64,000 nucleotides of DNA from a virus. Its lineage: Duplodnaviria > Caudoviricetes. A model generated the notes under the pieces. That model had not been told where the DNA came from. It did no database searches and worked only from the letters and a program-made list of their open reading frames with translations. The position numbers were made by a program, and so were the translations under genes. The stretch spans positions 21,941 through 85,940 of IMG/VR virus record IMGVR_UViG_3300049596_000679; one strand, 5' to 3'. Shown one piece after another: positions 30,125 through 39,699 of this stretch (its first letter is position 1; each line of letters begins with the position of its first letter).

Positions 30125-30760
30125 CTATCTTTTATATGTTGTGTAAGTCCTATACAACTTTGATTTAGGGATTCCCCCTTTTTCTAAAATATCATAAATG
30201 TATTTCTTTTGTGATTTACTTGAGTCAGGAACCAATATACAATCCATTCTATTTTTATCCTGTAGAAATTTACTTAGTACGTCAAGGAATCTACCAGATT
30301 CATTAACGGACTTCAAAGAGAAACAATTAAACTTATCTTCATTTTGAACCACAATCTTATTGTTAATTTTAGACACAAGTTTTAACCCATCTTTAGGTAG
30401 ATAGTTTTTAACAAACTTATCAAATGAAATTTTAGATGAGGTTTGTATATCGTAAATTAACTCCTCAACTAATAATTCAGAAACAGAAAGTATTGTATAA
30501 TCCCTATTATCCAACTCCACTTTTATTTGACGACCTAGTTCATCCTTAATAAAGTATAAGTTAAAATTTTTAGAATCCTTTTCAAGTAAACCAATTTCAA
30601 ATGAACAAGATTTGCCGTTTTCAAATAAGGTGTTGAATCTAATGTCCTTATTACCTATTATTTTACCATCGTAGAACTTTTTGGCGTTCTCGTAAGTCTT
30701 AAACGACTTTATTATTTTTTTTCTTTCTTTATTTTTGAATAGTACGATTAAATAGCTCAT
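30125..30760 (-). CDS. Hypothetical protein
   Basis: 211 aa ORF. Confidence 0.65.
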   Translation of the reverse strand: MSYLIVLFKNKERKKIIKSFKTYENAKKFYDGKIIGNKDIRFNTLFENGKSCSFEIGLLEKDSKNFNLYFIKDELGRQIKVELDNRDYTILSVSELLVEELIYDIQTSSKISFDKFVKNYLPKDGLKLVSKINNKIVVQNEDKFNCFSLKSVNESGRFLDVLSKFLQDKNRMDCILVPDSSKSQKKYIYDILEKGGIPKSKLYRTYTTYKR

Positions 30761-30805
30761 AATATTGATTACTCTTTAATTAAGTATATTAATTTTTTTT
30801 TATAA

Positions 30806-31714
30806 ATGAATAATGACAACTATTATAAGGTTTTAGGTGTTGACGAAAAGGCAACACAAGAAGACATTAAGAAAGCATATAGAAACCTAGCAAAAGAAAA
30901 TCATCCCGATAAAGGTGGGGATGAGGAGACGTTTAAAAATATCTCAGCGGCTTATGATACTATTGGGGACGAAAATAAACGAAAACAATACGACAATCAA
31001 CGGAGTAACCCATTCGGTAGTAATTTTGCCGATATGTTTCATTCATTTAATCAACAACGACAAAGACAAGATACACATACTAGTGTTATTACGGTGAACA
31101 TAGGAGTGTTGGATTCATATTTAAGTAGGAATAAACAAATTACATATAAAAGAAAGACTAGTTGTAATGTTTGTAGTGGATCGGGAGGGGAGAAGAAGGT
31201 ATGTACTACCTGTAATGGTGTTGGTAGTGTTATGAAACAAATGGGTACGGGTATGTTCGTACAAGTTGTTAATATGAGTTGTGAAACTTGCTCAGGTACT
31301 GGTAAAATTACTATAAACGCTTGTTATTCGTGTAATGGATCGGAGACTAAAGATGAGATGAAAACATTGGATGTTAAAATACCTCATGGGTTAGAGGATG
31401 GTCAGTTCATAAGAATGTCAAATGTTGGTGATTTTAGAAATGGTAGATTTGGGGATTTGGTAATAAGGGTTAATTTGATGGAAGAAAATGGTTTCTTTAA
31501 GAACGGACCACATTTAATATATAACTCTTATTTAAACTATGAAGATCTTATAAAAGAGCATATAAACATACCTCATCCTAGTGGTGAGTTAAATATAAAA
31601 TTACCTAAATTATTTGATTCCTCAAAACCTTTAAGGGTTAAAGGTAAAGGATTTAGGGTGGATCAAATTGGGGATCTATTAATTAATCGGATTGTTAGGT
31701 TTGAAAGACCTTAA
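30806..31714 (+). CDS. dnaJ: DnaJ chaperone
   Basis: J domain with HPD, four CxxCxGxG-type repeats, and C-terminal GDL motifs. Confidence 0.92.
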   Translation: MNNDNYYKVLGVDEKATQEDIKKAYRNLAKENHPDKGGDEETFKNISAAYDTIGDENKRKQYDNQRSNPFGSNFADMFHSFNQQRQRQDTHTSVITVNIGVLDSYLSRNKQITYKRKTSCNVCSGSGGEKKVCTTCNGVGSVMKQMGTGMFVQVVNMSCETCSGTGKITINACYSCNGSETKDEMKTLDVKIPHGLEDGQFIRMSNVGDFRNGRFGDLVIRVNLMEENGFFKNGPHLIYNSYLNYEDLIKEHINIPHPSGELNIKLPKLFDSSKPLRVKGKGFRVDQIGDLLINRIVRFERP

Positions 31715-31887
31715 AATAAGGACATGATATCTTTATATAAAGCGATTGCACCATAGATTGATAGGGCAAACATAATACCACCAGTGATAAAAACAAATTT
31801 TTGTGTTTTACCTGTTGTTTGATTACACTTTTTACATCCTGTTACTTGTGTTGCTTCTGTTTTGTTGTTGTATATTTCTTCTTCCAT
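31711..31887 (-). CDS. Small protein with CxxC and a C-terminal TM (58 aa; not in the ORF track)
   Basis: MEEEIYNNK...GCKKC...FVFITGGIMFALSIYGAIAL. Confidence 0.55.
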   Translation of the reverse strand: MEEEIYNNKTEATQVTGCKKCNQTTGKTQKFVFITGGIMFALSIYGAIALYKDIMSLF

Positions 31888-31947
31888 AATTTTTTGTTAT
31901 AATAATAATTATACATTAAAACAATTTATAAGTGAATAATTTTTGAA

Positions 31948-31976
31948 TTGACATATCATCATATAATTCCTATATT
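31948..31976 (+). promoter_or_regulatory. sigma70-like promoter TTGACA-N17-TATATT
   Basis: Near-canonical; upstream of dam. Confidence 0.6.
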
Positions 31977-31991
31977 TCTAATAAAAAAACT

Positions 31992-32831
31992 ATGTTATCA
32001 TATATTGGAGGAAAAAGTAAGATAGGAAAGTGGATAGTCCCTTTCTATGATAAAGATATGGAAACATATGTTGAAACATTTGGTGGGATGTTTTGGTGTT
32101 TCTTTAATATGGATCTAAGTCAGTTCCCAAATCTAAAGAAAGTTGTGTATAATGACTTCAACCCACTTAACCATAATTTATTTGAATGTATTAAGAATCC
32201 TGAAAGATTATTGGAATCAATCAACGCAATCCCATGTCAACAATTTGGTGTGGAAATTACACCATCAATATATAAAGAACAATTTATCAGCTTTCAGGCT
32301 GAAATATTTGATGAAAATTTCAGGGTAGAACCTGGTAATTATGATGTTGCAGCTAAATATGCGTATATTTTAACACAAGTGTTCTCAGGATCTAAACCTG
32401 AAAAAAGTTCTTTCATTGACTTAAAGGGTAAGTACAAATCTAAATACTTAACATTCCGAGATAAATTAATGAAACCTGATTGGGTTGAACATTTTTTAAG
32501 AATAAGTGATGTTGAGAATATGGATTTTGCTGAGGTGATTGAAAAGTATGATTCACCAACAACTTACTTCTATGTGGATCCACCATATTGGAAGACTGAA
32601 AACTATTATTCTAATCACGATTTTGATAGGGAAGACCACGAGAGACTTTCAAAGTCATTAATAAATATGGAAGGTAAATTTAGTTTATCGTACTATGATT
32701 TTGAATTATTACACGAATGGTTTCCTGAAGATCAGTACAAATGGGAGAAAAAAGAGTTCGCTAAAGCGGCAGCAGCAAAAAAGGGAACAAAACAAAACAT
32801 GGGTGAGGAATTATTAATAATGAATTACTAA
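31992..32831 (+). CDS. dam: D12-class N6-adenine DNA methyltransferase (Dam-like)
   Basis: YIGGKS, YVETFGG, VYND and YVDPPY. Confidence 0.88.
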   Translation: MLSYIGGKSKIGKWIVPFYDKDMETYVETFGGMFWCFFNMDLSQFPNLKKVVYNDFNPLNHNLFECIKNPERLLESINAIPCQQFGVEITPSIYKEQFISFQAEIFDENFRVEPGNYDVAAKYAYILTQVFSGSKPEKSSFIDLKGKYKSKYLTFRDKLMKPDWVEHFLRISDVENMDFAEVIEKYDSPTTYFYVDPPYWKTENYYSNHDFDREDHERLSKSLINMEGKFSLSYYDFELLHEWFPEDQYKWEKKEFAKAAAAKKGTKQNMGEELLIMNY

Positions 32832-32874
32832 TCATTTTTTTATACTATTCGAATATTTATATTAAAAACTTATT

Positions 32875-34764
32875 ATGGAATTACTTAAGGTATTATCAAA
32901 TGTCATTAAAGAAAACACAAACGGTAAACGTCTTGTAAGTGAAGCAATGGCCGAAAAGGTTGTTAAATTTTTAATTGACAAATACAAACCTACAACTAAG
33001 GATACAGAAGAACAAATAACTGCGGTTATTAACGCATTTGATAAATATAAAAGTGGGTTACCTCAAGATCAAAGAGATATTACCAAATTAACTTATAGTA
33101 TTGTTAAGAACATTGTTTTATCAAAGGAGATTAAAAAACAAGAAAAAAGTATATTCAAAAAATATATGGAAGCCAATAAAGGTGCCGACAAAAATGCGGT
33201 TAAATTGGCATTACGTAAGTTTTACGAATTGTTTCCAATCCTACCTATAAATCAAAGAGACGTTCTTAAAATGCCTTATTTGAAATTGGTTGAGTTTTTA
33301 CAGGGTAAGTTTAATTCTATGTTAACATCAGCGGCACTTAAGAAATTTAAAGATGATAAGGTTAATGTAACACCTGAACAATTAATTTATTATGTATCAA
33401 CCTACTTAGATCTATACCATAGATTACCTGCAAATTTACCACCATTGTTGTTTATGAGTTTTGATGAACTTGAACATACATTAGATGGTATGGGAGATTT
33501 AACTGATGACATTAAAGATACAAAAGATGATTATTCTGACATTGAAACAATATACGATGATAATAACTTATTAATCTTCAAACCAAGTGGTAAGGAACAA
33601 TGTATTAAATTGGCTAACGGAAGAAGTTGGTGTATATCTAAATCAGGTGGTGGTAATATGTATTACAATTATCGTTTGGGACATAACTTAACAATTTATT
33701 ATGTTATTGATAAAGATAAGGCATTTGGTGACCTTAACTATTCAGTTGTCATCTTAGTTGAGCCTTATGGTGGAAAACGAATTGCGGATGGTCAAAATAT
33801 GGCTGGAGGATATTCAGGTCATAAAAGAGAAGATTGGAGTACAATTGTAAGTAAAGTTCCAAAATTGAAAGGCAAAGAACATTTGTTTGTTGCTGATCCA
33901 TTGAGTAGTGCTGAACAAAAAGTACTGAATGACTACAAAAATACTTCCATCAATAAAGATGCGATTAAAGAACTTGGTAGTGAACAAGCGGCTGAAATGT
34001 GGCTTGAGCTTTCAAGTCCTGATTTAACATATAGAAGTAATGGTGATGAAATTTATCGTAACTTTACCGAAAATCTTAAAAACAAATACTTAGGGTTGGG
34101 AATGGACTTGACCGCTGGAATGATCAATAATTCCGAACCTAGTGTGTTGAAATATTATGCGGCAAGAAAACTTCAAGGGTTGATGTCAAAAAGTTTAGGT
34201 CAATTGAGTGATTCGGATATTGCATTCATCAATAGTCCTATAATGAGAGATAATAAGAAAAAATTAAGAGAAAAATTCTCAGGTCAATTAGCCGGAGTTA
34301 GTAGTAGTGGTTATGTTGGTCTTGAATATCCAAAAGATGATAACTCTAAGTATGTTGCATTATTTGGGTTTGATGATTTCTTTCAACATATTCCAACTAA
34401 TACAACTATGATCCAAATGGAAAATACAAGTAAAACTCCAATTGCTTTGGATTTACCGGAAAGTATTGGTAAATTAACCGAATTAAAAACATTGATTATT
34501 GATAATATGGTTAAGTCAATCCCTGAAAGTATTGGAAATTGTACCAAATTGAAATTTATAAACTTACCTAATAACCCACAATTGGAAAGTATTCCTGAGG
34601 CGTTTGGTGAATTGTATTGTTTGAACTTCTTCTCAACGGAGAATTCAAATCCTAGTATGAGAATACCTAAAAAATTAGAAGAATATATGACAGAGGATGA
34701 AGGATTTTGGTTTATCAATTTCCCTCCTGAATTGAAGAAACATTGTGGACCTATAAGATCTTAA
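32875..34764 (+). CDS. Late protein with a WC[IT] domain and C-terminal leucine-rich repeats
   Basis: IYDDNNLLIFKP...SWCISK...YYVIDK; LPESIGKLTELKTL and IPESIGNCTKLKFI LRRs. Confidence 0.7.
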   Translation: MELLKVLSNVIKENTNGKRLVSEAMAEKVVKFLIDKYKPTTKDTEEQITAVINAFDKYKSGLPQDQRDITKLTYSIVKNIVLSKEIKKQEKSIFKKYMEANKGADKNAVKLALRKFYELFPILPINQRDVLKMPYLKLVEFLQGKFNSMLTSAALKKFKDDKVNVTPEQLIYYVSTYLDLYHRLPANLPPLLFMSFDELEHTLDGMGDLTDDIKDTKDDYSDIETIYDDNNLLIFKPSGKEQCIKLANGRSWCISKSGGGNMYYNYRLGHNLTIYYVIDKDKAFGDLNYSVVILVEPYGGKRIADGQNMAGGYSGHKREDWSTIVSKVPKLKGKEHLFVADPLSSAEQKVLNDYKNTSINKDAIKELGSEQAAEMWLELSSPDLTYRSNGDEIYRNFTENLKNKYLGLGMDLTAGMINNSEPSVLKYYAARKLQGLMSKSLGQLSDSDIAFINSPIMRDNKKKLREKFSGQLAGVSSSGYVGLEYPKDDNSKYVALFGFDDFFQHIPTNTTMIQMENTSKTPIALDLPESIGKLTELKTLIIDNMVKSIPESIGNCTKLKFINLPNNPQLESIPEAFGELYCLNFFSTENSNPSMRIPKKLEEYMTEDEGFWFINFPPELKKHCGPIRS

Positions 34765-35060
34765 TGATGAACGTAGACATAGAAATTTATATTAGTCAAC
34801 TAATAACCTTCTTTGAAAAAAATCCAGGTGATTTTATGGATCTTGTTGGTGAAGTACAAAAAGAAGAGTTCTTTCAGAAATTAAAAGAAAAATCTATTAA
34901 TAACCATAGTAAGGGTGAGGACTTTATTTTAACCAAACAACAAATTATTGATGTTGTGGTTGATCTTAAATCGCCTGAATTAAACCAAAAGTTAAGTTAC
35001 GCAAAAAAAGTTAAAGGATTTATCCAAAAGACTAAGTTTGGGGATATCATACTTAATTAA
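34764..35060 (+). CDS. Hypothetical protein
   Basis: ORF; the likely start overlaps the upstream stop. Confidence 0.6.
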   Translation: MMNVDIEIYISQLITFFEKNPGDFMDLVGEVQKEEFFQKLKEKSINNHSKGEDFILTKQQIIDVVVDLKSPELNQKLSYAKKVKGFIQKTKFGDIILN

Positions 35061-35077
35061 TTTTTTTTATGTAAAGG

Positions 35078-35108
35078 CTTGTGGAATCCAAAAAATTGAC
35101 TATCTTTG
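35078..35108 (+). promoter_or_regulatory. Bacteroidota-type promoter (TATCTTTG -7 box)
   Basis: CTTG-N19-TATCTTTG. Confidence 0.6.
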
Positions 35109-35133
35109 TAAGGTAATCTAAAAAACTAATTAT

Positions 35134-35889
35134 ATGATCTATACTCCAGAATTAATCAAGTCAACCGCACCATCAATCTTCGCAACATCTCCATCGTCAA
35201 AAATGACAAACAAGTATGAGTTTGTCCCTACAGACAAGATCATGGAGTTCTTTGATAGAGAAGGGTGGGAAATTTCATCTGTTAAACAAAATGGTACTGG
35301 TATCCATGCCTTACACGAAGTTAAGTTCCGTAATGGACAACTTCCATCGGTTGGCGATACTTTGGTTGAAGCAATCATCAAAAACTCTCACAATGGTATG
35401 TCGGCATTCTCAATGAGTGCGGGTCTTCACAGATTGGTGTGTAGTAATGGTTTAACCGTTCCTACGTCAGTAGCAGACCAATTCCGAATCCGACACAAAG
35501 ATTTCCAACTTGACGATGTTAAAATGTTAACGGAAAGTTTCGCAAAGAAATTACCAATGATTCAACACTCTGTTGGAAGAATGATGGAACGTCAACTTAC
35601 TATGGATGAAAAAGTTGAGTTCGTTCAAAGAGCATCTAGACTTAGATGGGCAACAGGGTCAGTTCCGTCAACACTTGATTTAGTGGACTTGTTAACACCT
35701 AACCGTAACGAAGATGAAGGAGATGACCTTTGGAAAGTCTTTAACGTAGTACAAGAGAAATTTGTACGAGGTGGTGTTGAGTACAGATCACAAAGTGGTC
35801 GTAAGACAGGGTTAAGAGGTTTGAAAAATATTATGGCGGTAAACGCAATAAATACAAAACTTTGGGAGACCGCCGAGTCAATGATCTAA
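35134..35889 (+). CDS. DUF932/DUF945-family protein
   Basis: APSIFA, NSHNG, AGLHRLVCSNGL and LWKVFNVVQE. Confidence 0.85.
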   Translation: MIYTPELIKSTAPSIFATSPSSKMTNKYEFVPTDKIMEFFDREGWEISSVKQNGTGIHALHEVKFRNGQLPSVGDTLVEAIIKNSHNGMSAFSMSAGLHRLVCSNGLTVPTSVADQFRIRHKDFQLDDVKMLTESFAKKLPMIQHSVGRMMERQLTMDEKVEFVQRASRLRWATGSVPSTLDLVDLLTPNRNEDEGDDLWKVFNVVQEKFVRGGVEYRSQSGRKTGLRGLKNIMAVNAINTKLWETAESMI

Positions 35890-35894
35890 AAGAA

Positions 35895-35921
35895 ATGTGG
35901 GGTGAACAACCCCACTTTTTT
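35895..35921 (+). terminator. Intrinsic terminator
   Basis: gtgggg-tgaacaa-ccccac followed by a T-run. Confidence 0.75.
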
Positions 35922-35935
35922 AATTTATAGTCAAT

Positions 35936-36259
35936 ATGTTTAAACGTGAGAATGATTTTTTGGATATCTTAAAAGAAAGACATGATAAATTATATGGTAT
36001 TATTAAAGTTAATAGTACTATAGGACTAACACCTAAGACATTAATAGAAAAGAAATTTGAAATTGAATACTTAGATAGTGTTGAGTTTGAATTTGAACTT
36101 AATCATTTAGAATCAATTCTTAAACATAAATCTGGGTTTTACATATATTTATCTAAAATGGAGGTCGCGGATATGTCGTATCAGATGAAAATTTATTACG
36201 ATATGGACCAATTAAACGAAGTATCATTCTTCATTAAAAACTTATCAAAAATTAAATAA
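35936..36259 (+). CDS. Hypothetical protein
   Basis: ORF. Confidence 0.55.
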   Translation: MFKRENDFLDILKERHDKLYGIIKVNSTIGLTPKTLIEKKFEIEYLDSVEFEFELNHLESILKHKSGFYIYLSKMEVADMSYQMKIYYDMDQLNEVSFFIKNLSKIK

Positions 36260-36261
36260 AA

Positions 36262-36576
36262 ATGGAAATTACAAGTGTTGAGTTACAAGAAAAAATTAAC
36301 TCAGGTAAAAAAGTTATTGTAGAATTCTGGGCCGAATGGTGTGGTCCGTGCAAAATGATGAAACCTTTATTTGAAAGAGTATCAAAAAATAATACATCTA
36401 ATGTTGAAATGTATACCATGAATGTGGATCTAAATCGTGAAATAGCTATGTCACTCGGAATCCGTAGTATTCCAACGGTCAAAGTTTTTAACTCAGGTGA
36501 GAACATAGATACCAAAGTTGGTGTTCTACAAGAAGAACAAATAAAAGGAATGGTAAATGAATTGATCAATGGATAA
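36262..36576 (+). CDS. trxA: Thioredoxin
   Basis: FWAEWCGPCK and IRSIPT. Confidence 0.92.
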   Translation: MEITSVELQEKINSGKKVIVEFWAEWCGPCKMMKPLFERVSKNNTSNVEMYTMNVDLNREIAMSLGIRSIPTVKVFNSGENIDTKVGVLQEEQIKGMVNELING

Positions 36577-36856
36577 GTTAGCAATCATATTTTCAATGAA
36601 ATCATGTGGTCATTGTAAAACACTTAAGGAAATGTTGGATAAAGAAGATATACCTTATATTGATAGAGATATTGACGAACATAGTGATGAATACGATATG
36701 TTTGTATCAATTACCAAGAATGAATATGTGCCTGCATTTATGTTAATTGAGTCACCGGGAAAAGAAAATTCTAAAACTGAACTTTATGCTCCTGAAAGAG
36801 ATTATGATGAACTTGACGAAGGTGTAAAAATCATAAAAGAGTTTTACGAAAGATAA
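36569..36856 (+). CDS. Glutaredoxin-like protein
   Basis: CGHC and YVPAF. Confidence 0.8.
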   Translation: MDKLAIIFSMKSCGHCKTLKEMLDKEDIPYIDRDIDEHSDEYDMFVSITKNEYVPAFMLIESPGKENSKTELYAPERDYDELDEGVKIIKEFYER

Positions 36857-36860
36857 TAAA

Positions 36861-36896
36861 AAACCCCATTCCTAATAAGAGTGGGGGTTTTTTTTT
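36861..36896. terminator. Terminator, repeat copy 1
   Basis: aaaccccattcctaataagagtgggggttt. Confidence 0.8.
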
Positions 36897-36931
36897 GAAC
36901 ATAGAAGTATTTATTAATAAATTAAAATATT

Positions 36932-37492
36932 ATGGGAAGAATTGTAAGATTAACAGAATCCGATTTAACAAGAATTGTTAGACGAGTACTTAAAGAAAAT
37001 AAATCCTCTCACCCACAATATATTAAAGTTGAGTTAACGACAAAGTGGGAAAAGTTTATGGGAAAAGAATCTGAGGATAGTCGTTTAGGTGATACTAGAG
37101 GATATAGTAATTACCGGGGAGAAACAATTAAGATGGTACCTAATATGTTGTATAACATTGGTGGTGGTAAACACGTAGATGAAGATCAATATACAATGAA
37201 TTATTTTGCTGAATATAAACCAGAAGATTCTAAAATTGAAATCCACGTAATTGATTGTTTTGGAAAATCAAGGAATGATTTAGACAATGTTAAAAAGGTC
37301 TCTATTAACGATACCCTTTGGAGTAAAGAACCTTGGGATTGGGATAAAGGAATGTTTACAACAAAACCAAATGTACAAAATAAATGTGCTGCAAGAGGCG
37401 AAAATATGAAATCAATGTTTCATAAAAGATTTGAAGTTGGGGAAACAGATCATAGAGGTTATTTTGAAATTGTTGGATCTGGTGAATTATAA
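36932..37492 (+). CDS. Late protein with LTESDL leader
   Basis: MGRIVRLTESDLTRIVRRVLKE; TATTTAT at 36908. Confidence 0.7.
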   Translation: MGRIVRLTESDLTRIVRRVLKENKSSHPQYIKVELTTKWEKFMGKESEDSRLGDTRGYSNYRGETIKMVPNMLYNIGGGKHVDEDQYTMNYFAEYKPEDSKIEIHVIDCFGKSRNDLDNVKKVSINDTLWSKEPWDWDKGMFTTKPNVQNKCAARGENMKSMFHKRFEVGETDHRGYFEIVGSGEL

Positions 37493-37544
37493 ATTAAAGA
37501 TGAAATCATTCCTTAATTTTTTAACCAAACGTAAATAAATACTT

Positions 37545-37573
37545 AAACCCCATTCCTAATAAGAGTGGGGTTT
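37545..37573. terminator. Terminator, repeat copy 2
   Basis: aaaccccattcctaataagagtggggttt. Confidence 0.8.
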
Positions 37574-37577
37574 CTTT

Positions 37578-38267
37578 TTAGAATATAATTACATCCTCTA
37601 ATCTGTCCTGAACCAAGTATGGTTTTTCTCCCTCAGGATCCAATATATCTTGGGTAAGGTCATAAGACTCCATTCTATTGGAGAAGTCCTCTAAATCAAA
37701 GTCAAATACATCTAAAATTAATGATTTGATAGTTTTAGTATTGTACATTGAGTCAACAACAACATTAATATCAACTTCATCATCAACTTTAGGTAAGAAA
37801 TGAATAAACATACTTTCTGACCCGATTGTTGATGAAATTTGGTTAAGTATATAATGTGAGTAGTAAAACATAGATCTACCTGTACGTAAACTATAACCAT
37901 AAGGAAACTCAGAACTAATTGAAATTTCATCAAATGATTTATTCTCCTCAACAAATACATTTTTATTTGTGTCAACCCAACCTGTCTCAATTGGAGATAT
38001 CTCAACTCCGTATTTAATTATATTAATGATATTAAAATGTTCTAAACCTAATGATTTAAGTATAACCTTATAGGTCTCATTGAATTCGTTTTTTAACTCA
38101 TCAATGTTAAGTTCTGTTTCGCTTGTGGTCTGACCATTTACAACCATGAATACATCACAATCTGTGATTTGTATAATTGATTTTTCTTTTGGGTCAATTT
38201 TGGAAACGATGAAATCGGCAAATAAATTTACTATGCCTCGTCTTGAATTTTTATTGATTAATCTCAT
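37578..38267 (-). CDS. Degenerate S-adenosylmethionine synthetase (MetK)-like protein
   Basis: NLFADFIVSKI...MVVNGQTTS and FPYGY resemble the MetK N-terminal domain; the GHPDK motif is absent. Confidence 0.4.
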   Translation of the reverse strand: MRLINKNSRRGIVNLFADFIVSKIDPKEKSIIQITDCDVFMVVNGQTTSETELNIDELKNEFNETYKVILKSLGLEHFNIINIIKYGVEISPIETGWVDTNKNVFVEENKSFDEISISSEFPYGYSLRTGRSMFYYSHYILNQISSTIGSESMFIHFLPKVDDEVDINVVVDSMYNTKTIKSLILDVFDFDLEDFSNRMESYDLTQDILDPEGEKPYLVQDRLEDVIIF

Positions 38268-38318
38268 ATCTTTTTTTGTAATGAATATGAGTTTTAAATG
38301 AATATATAAATAGTTTAG

Positions 38319-39413
38319 TTAAATATAGTCTCCAAATATATCATTTATACCTTTGGTGACTAAACTATAATCTGGATAATCAGGTATTCTAAAGTCTAAC
38401 CAATCGTATTCACCATCATCCATTAGTCGTTTCATCATAGTTGTGTAACTACCCTCGTAATCTAATTTATCTTCACTATATTCACTACCCAAACGATTGG
38501 AAAGAAATTTTTCCACATTACCTTGGAAGTCACGTATTTTAACATATTGTAACCATTTAGTTGTTTCACCTATTTTGGTTTGTTCGTCAATTACTCTACC
38601 AACAAAGTGTATATCCAACTCTGACCAAATTAAACCATATATTTCACTTTGGTATGCCCCATTGTATGCGTTATTGTGAATGTTGTGTAGTTCACTTTTT
38701 AATTCATTTAAATCATCATTTAAAAGTTGTTTCATTGATTCTTCATCCTTTAGTAATTCATCTAAATCGGTTTCTTTGATTATGAAATAACCTTCAGTTC
38801 CTTGTTCTTCAGATAAATTTTCAAAAAACTCTGAGTCGTAGTTTTCTAATGAAAACTCAACATTACCAATTTCTCTGAATATATGACTTCTTAATTTATT
38901 TATGTTGACTTCATCTAAGTCTTCAATTACATCCTCATAAACATTATGGGTTGAAATGGAAAAATCTTCCCAGTAATCCTCACCTAATACGTGCTCTGCT
39001 GCGTCTTTTGCCGTAGTATTACGACCACTATCATCAAATAGTTCGGCAAGTTCTGTAGCGTCTTTTAATCGTAGGTAATACCCATCTGATCTTTTTTGAA
39101 CATCCCTTAGCATTTTTTCAGTTATCCATTCCAACCAAACTTCAGGATCCTCCTGTATTTTATACAAAAGAAAATCATTCTCAAGAACTTCTGGTATGGA
39201 CTTGTAATCAAAGTTATCTAAAATTTTTGTTTTAACTAAAAAGTCAAATGAGGGTGCCCCATTATAAGGTATGTTGGACAAGTCTAACTCATCGATTAAA
39301 CCCTTTCTAAGTACAAAACTTAAAAACACCTCAATCCTATTATTGAATATTTTGGAAATTGATTTCCAATTACCATCGTTAAATTCTTCTATTATTTCTT
39401 CAATATCATTCAT
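38319..39413 (-). CDS. Highly acidic late protein
   Basis: D/E-rich; reverse TATTTAT at 39419. Confidence 0.65.
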   Translation of the reverse strand: MNDIEEIIEEFNDGNWKSISKIFNNRIEVFLSFVLRKGLIDELDLSNIPYNGAPSFDFLVKTKILDNFDYKSIPEVLENDFLLYKIQEDPEVWLEWITEKMLRDVQKRSDGYYLRLKDATELAELFDDSGRNTTAKDAAEHVLGEDYWEDFSISTHNVYEDVIEDLDEVNINKLRSHIFREIGNVEFSLENYDSEFFENLSEEQGTEGYFIIKETDLDELLKDEESMKQLLNDDLNELKSELHNIHNNAYNGAYQSEIYGLIWSELDIHFVGRVIDEQTKIGETTKWLQYVKIRDFQGNVEKFLSNRLGSEYSEDKLDYEGSYTTMMKRLMDDGEYDWLDFRIPDYPDYSLVTKGINDIFGDYI

Positions 39414-39476
39414 ACCTTATAAATATAAAAAAAGGTGGAAAATATTTCCCACCTCAACTTTTTAACCAATCACCGA

Positions 39477-39617
39477 TTACTTTTTGTTGTAATACTTCTC
39501 AACAATTTTCTTTACCGACTCTTGAACCGTAGATTGATTCGCCGCTGGTTGTTTAGGAGCTTGTTGAGGTGCCTGAGCAGGTTGTTGATTTGCTTTATTT
39601 TTACATCCGCATCCCAT
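39477..39617 (-). CDS. Small MGCGCK protein (46 aa; not in the ORF track)
   Basis: MGCGCKNKANQQPAQAPQQAP...VKKIVEKYYNKK; reverse TATTTAT at 39647. Confidence 0.6.
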   Translation of the reverse strand: MGCGCKNKANQQPAQAPQQAPKQPAANQSTVQESVKKIVEKYYNKK

Positions 39618-39699
39618 AATATTTGTTTTAATAGGTTTATTTAATTATAAATATCTGACATTACACATATTTTGTAAACCATTAAATATTTATTGTAAT

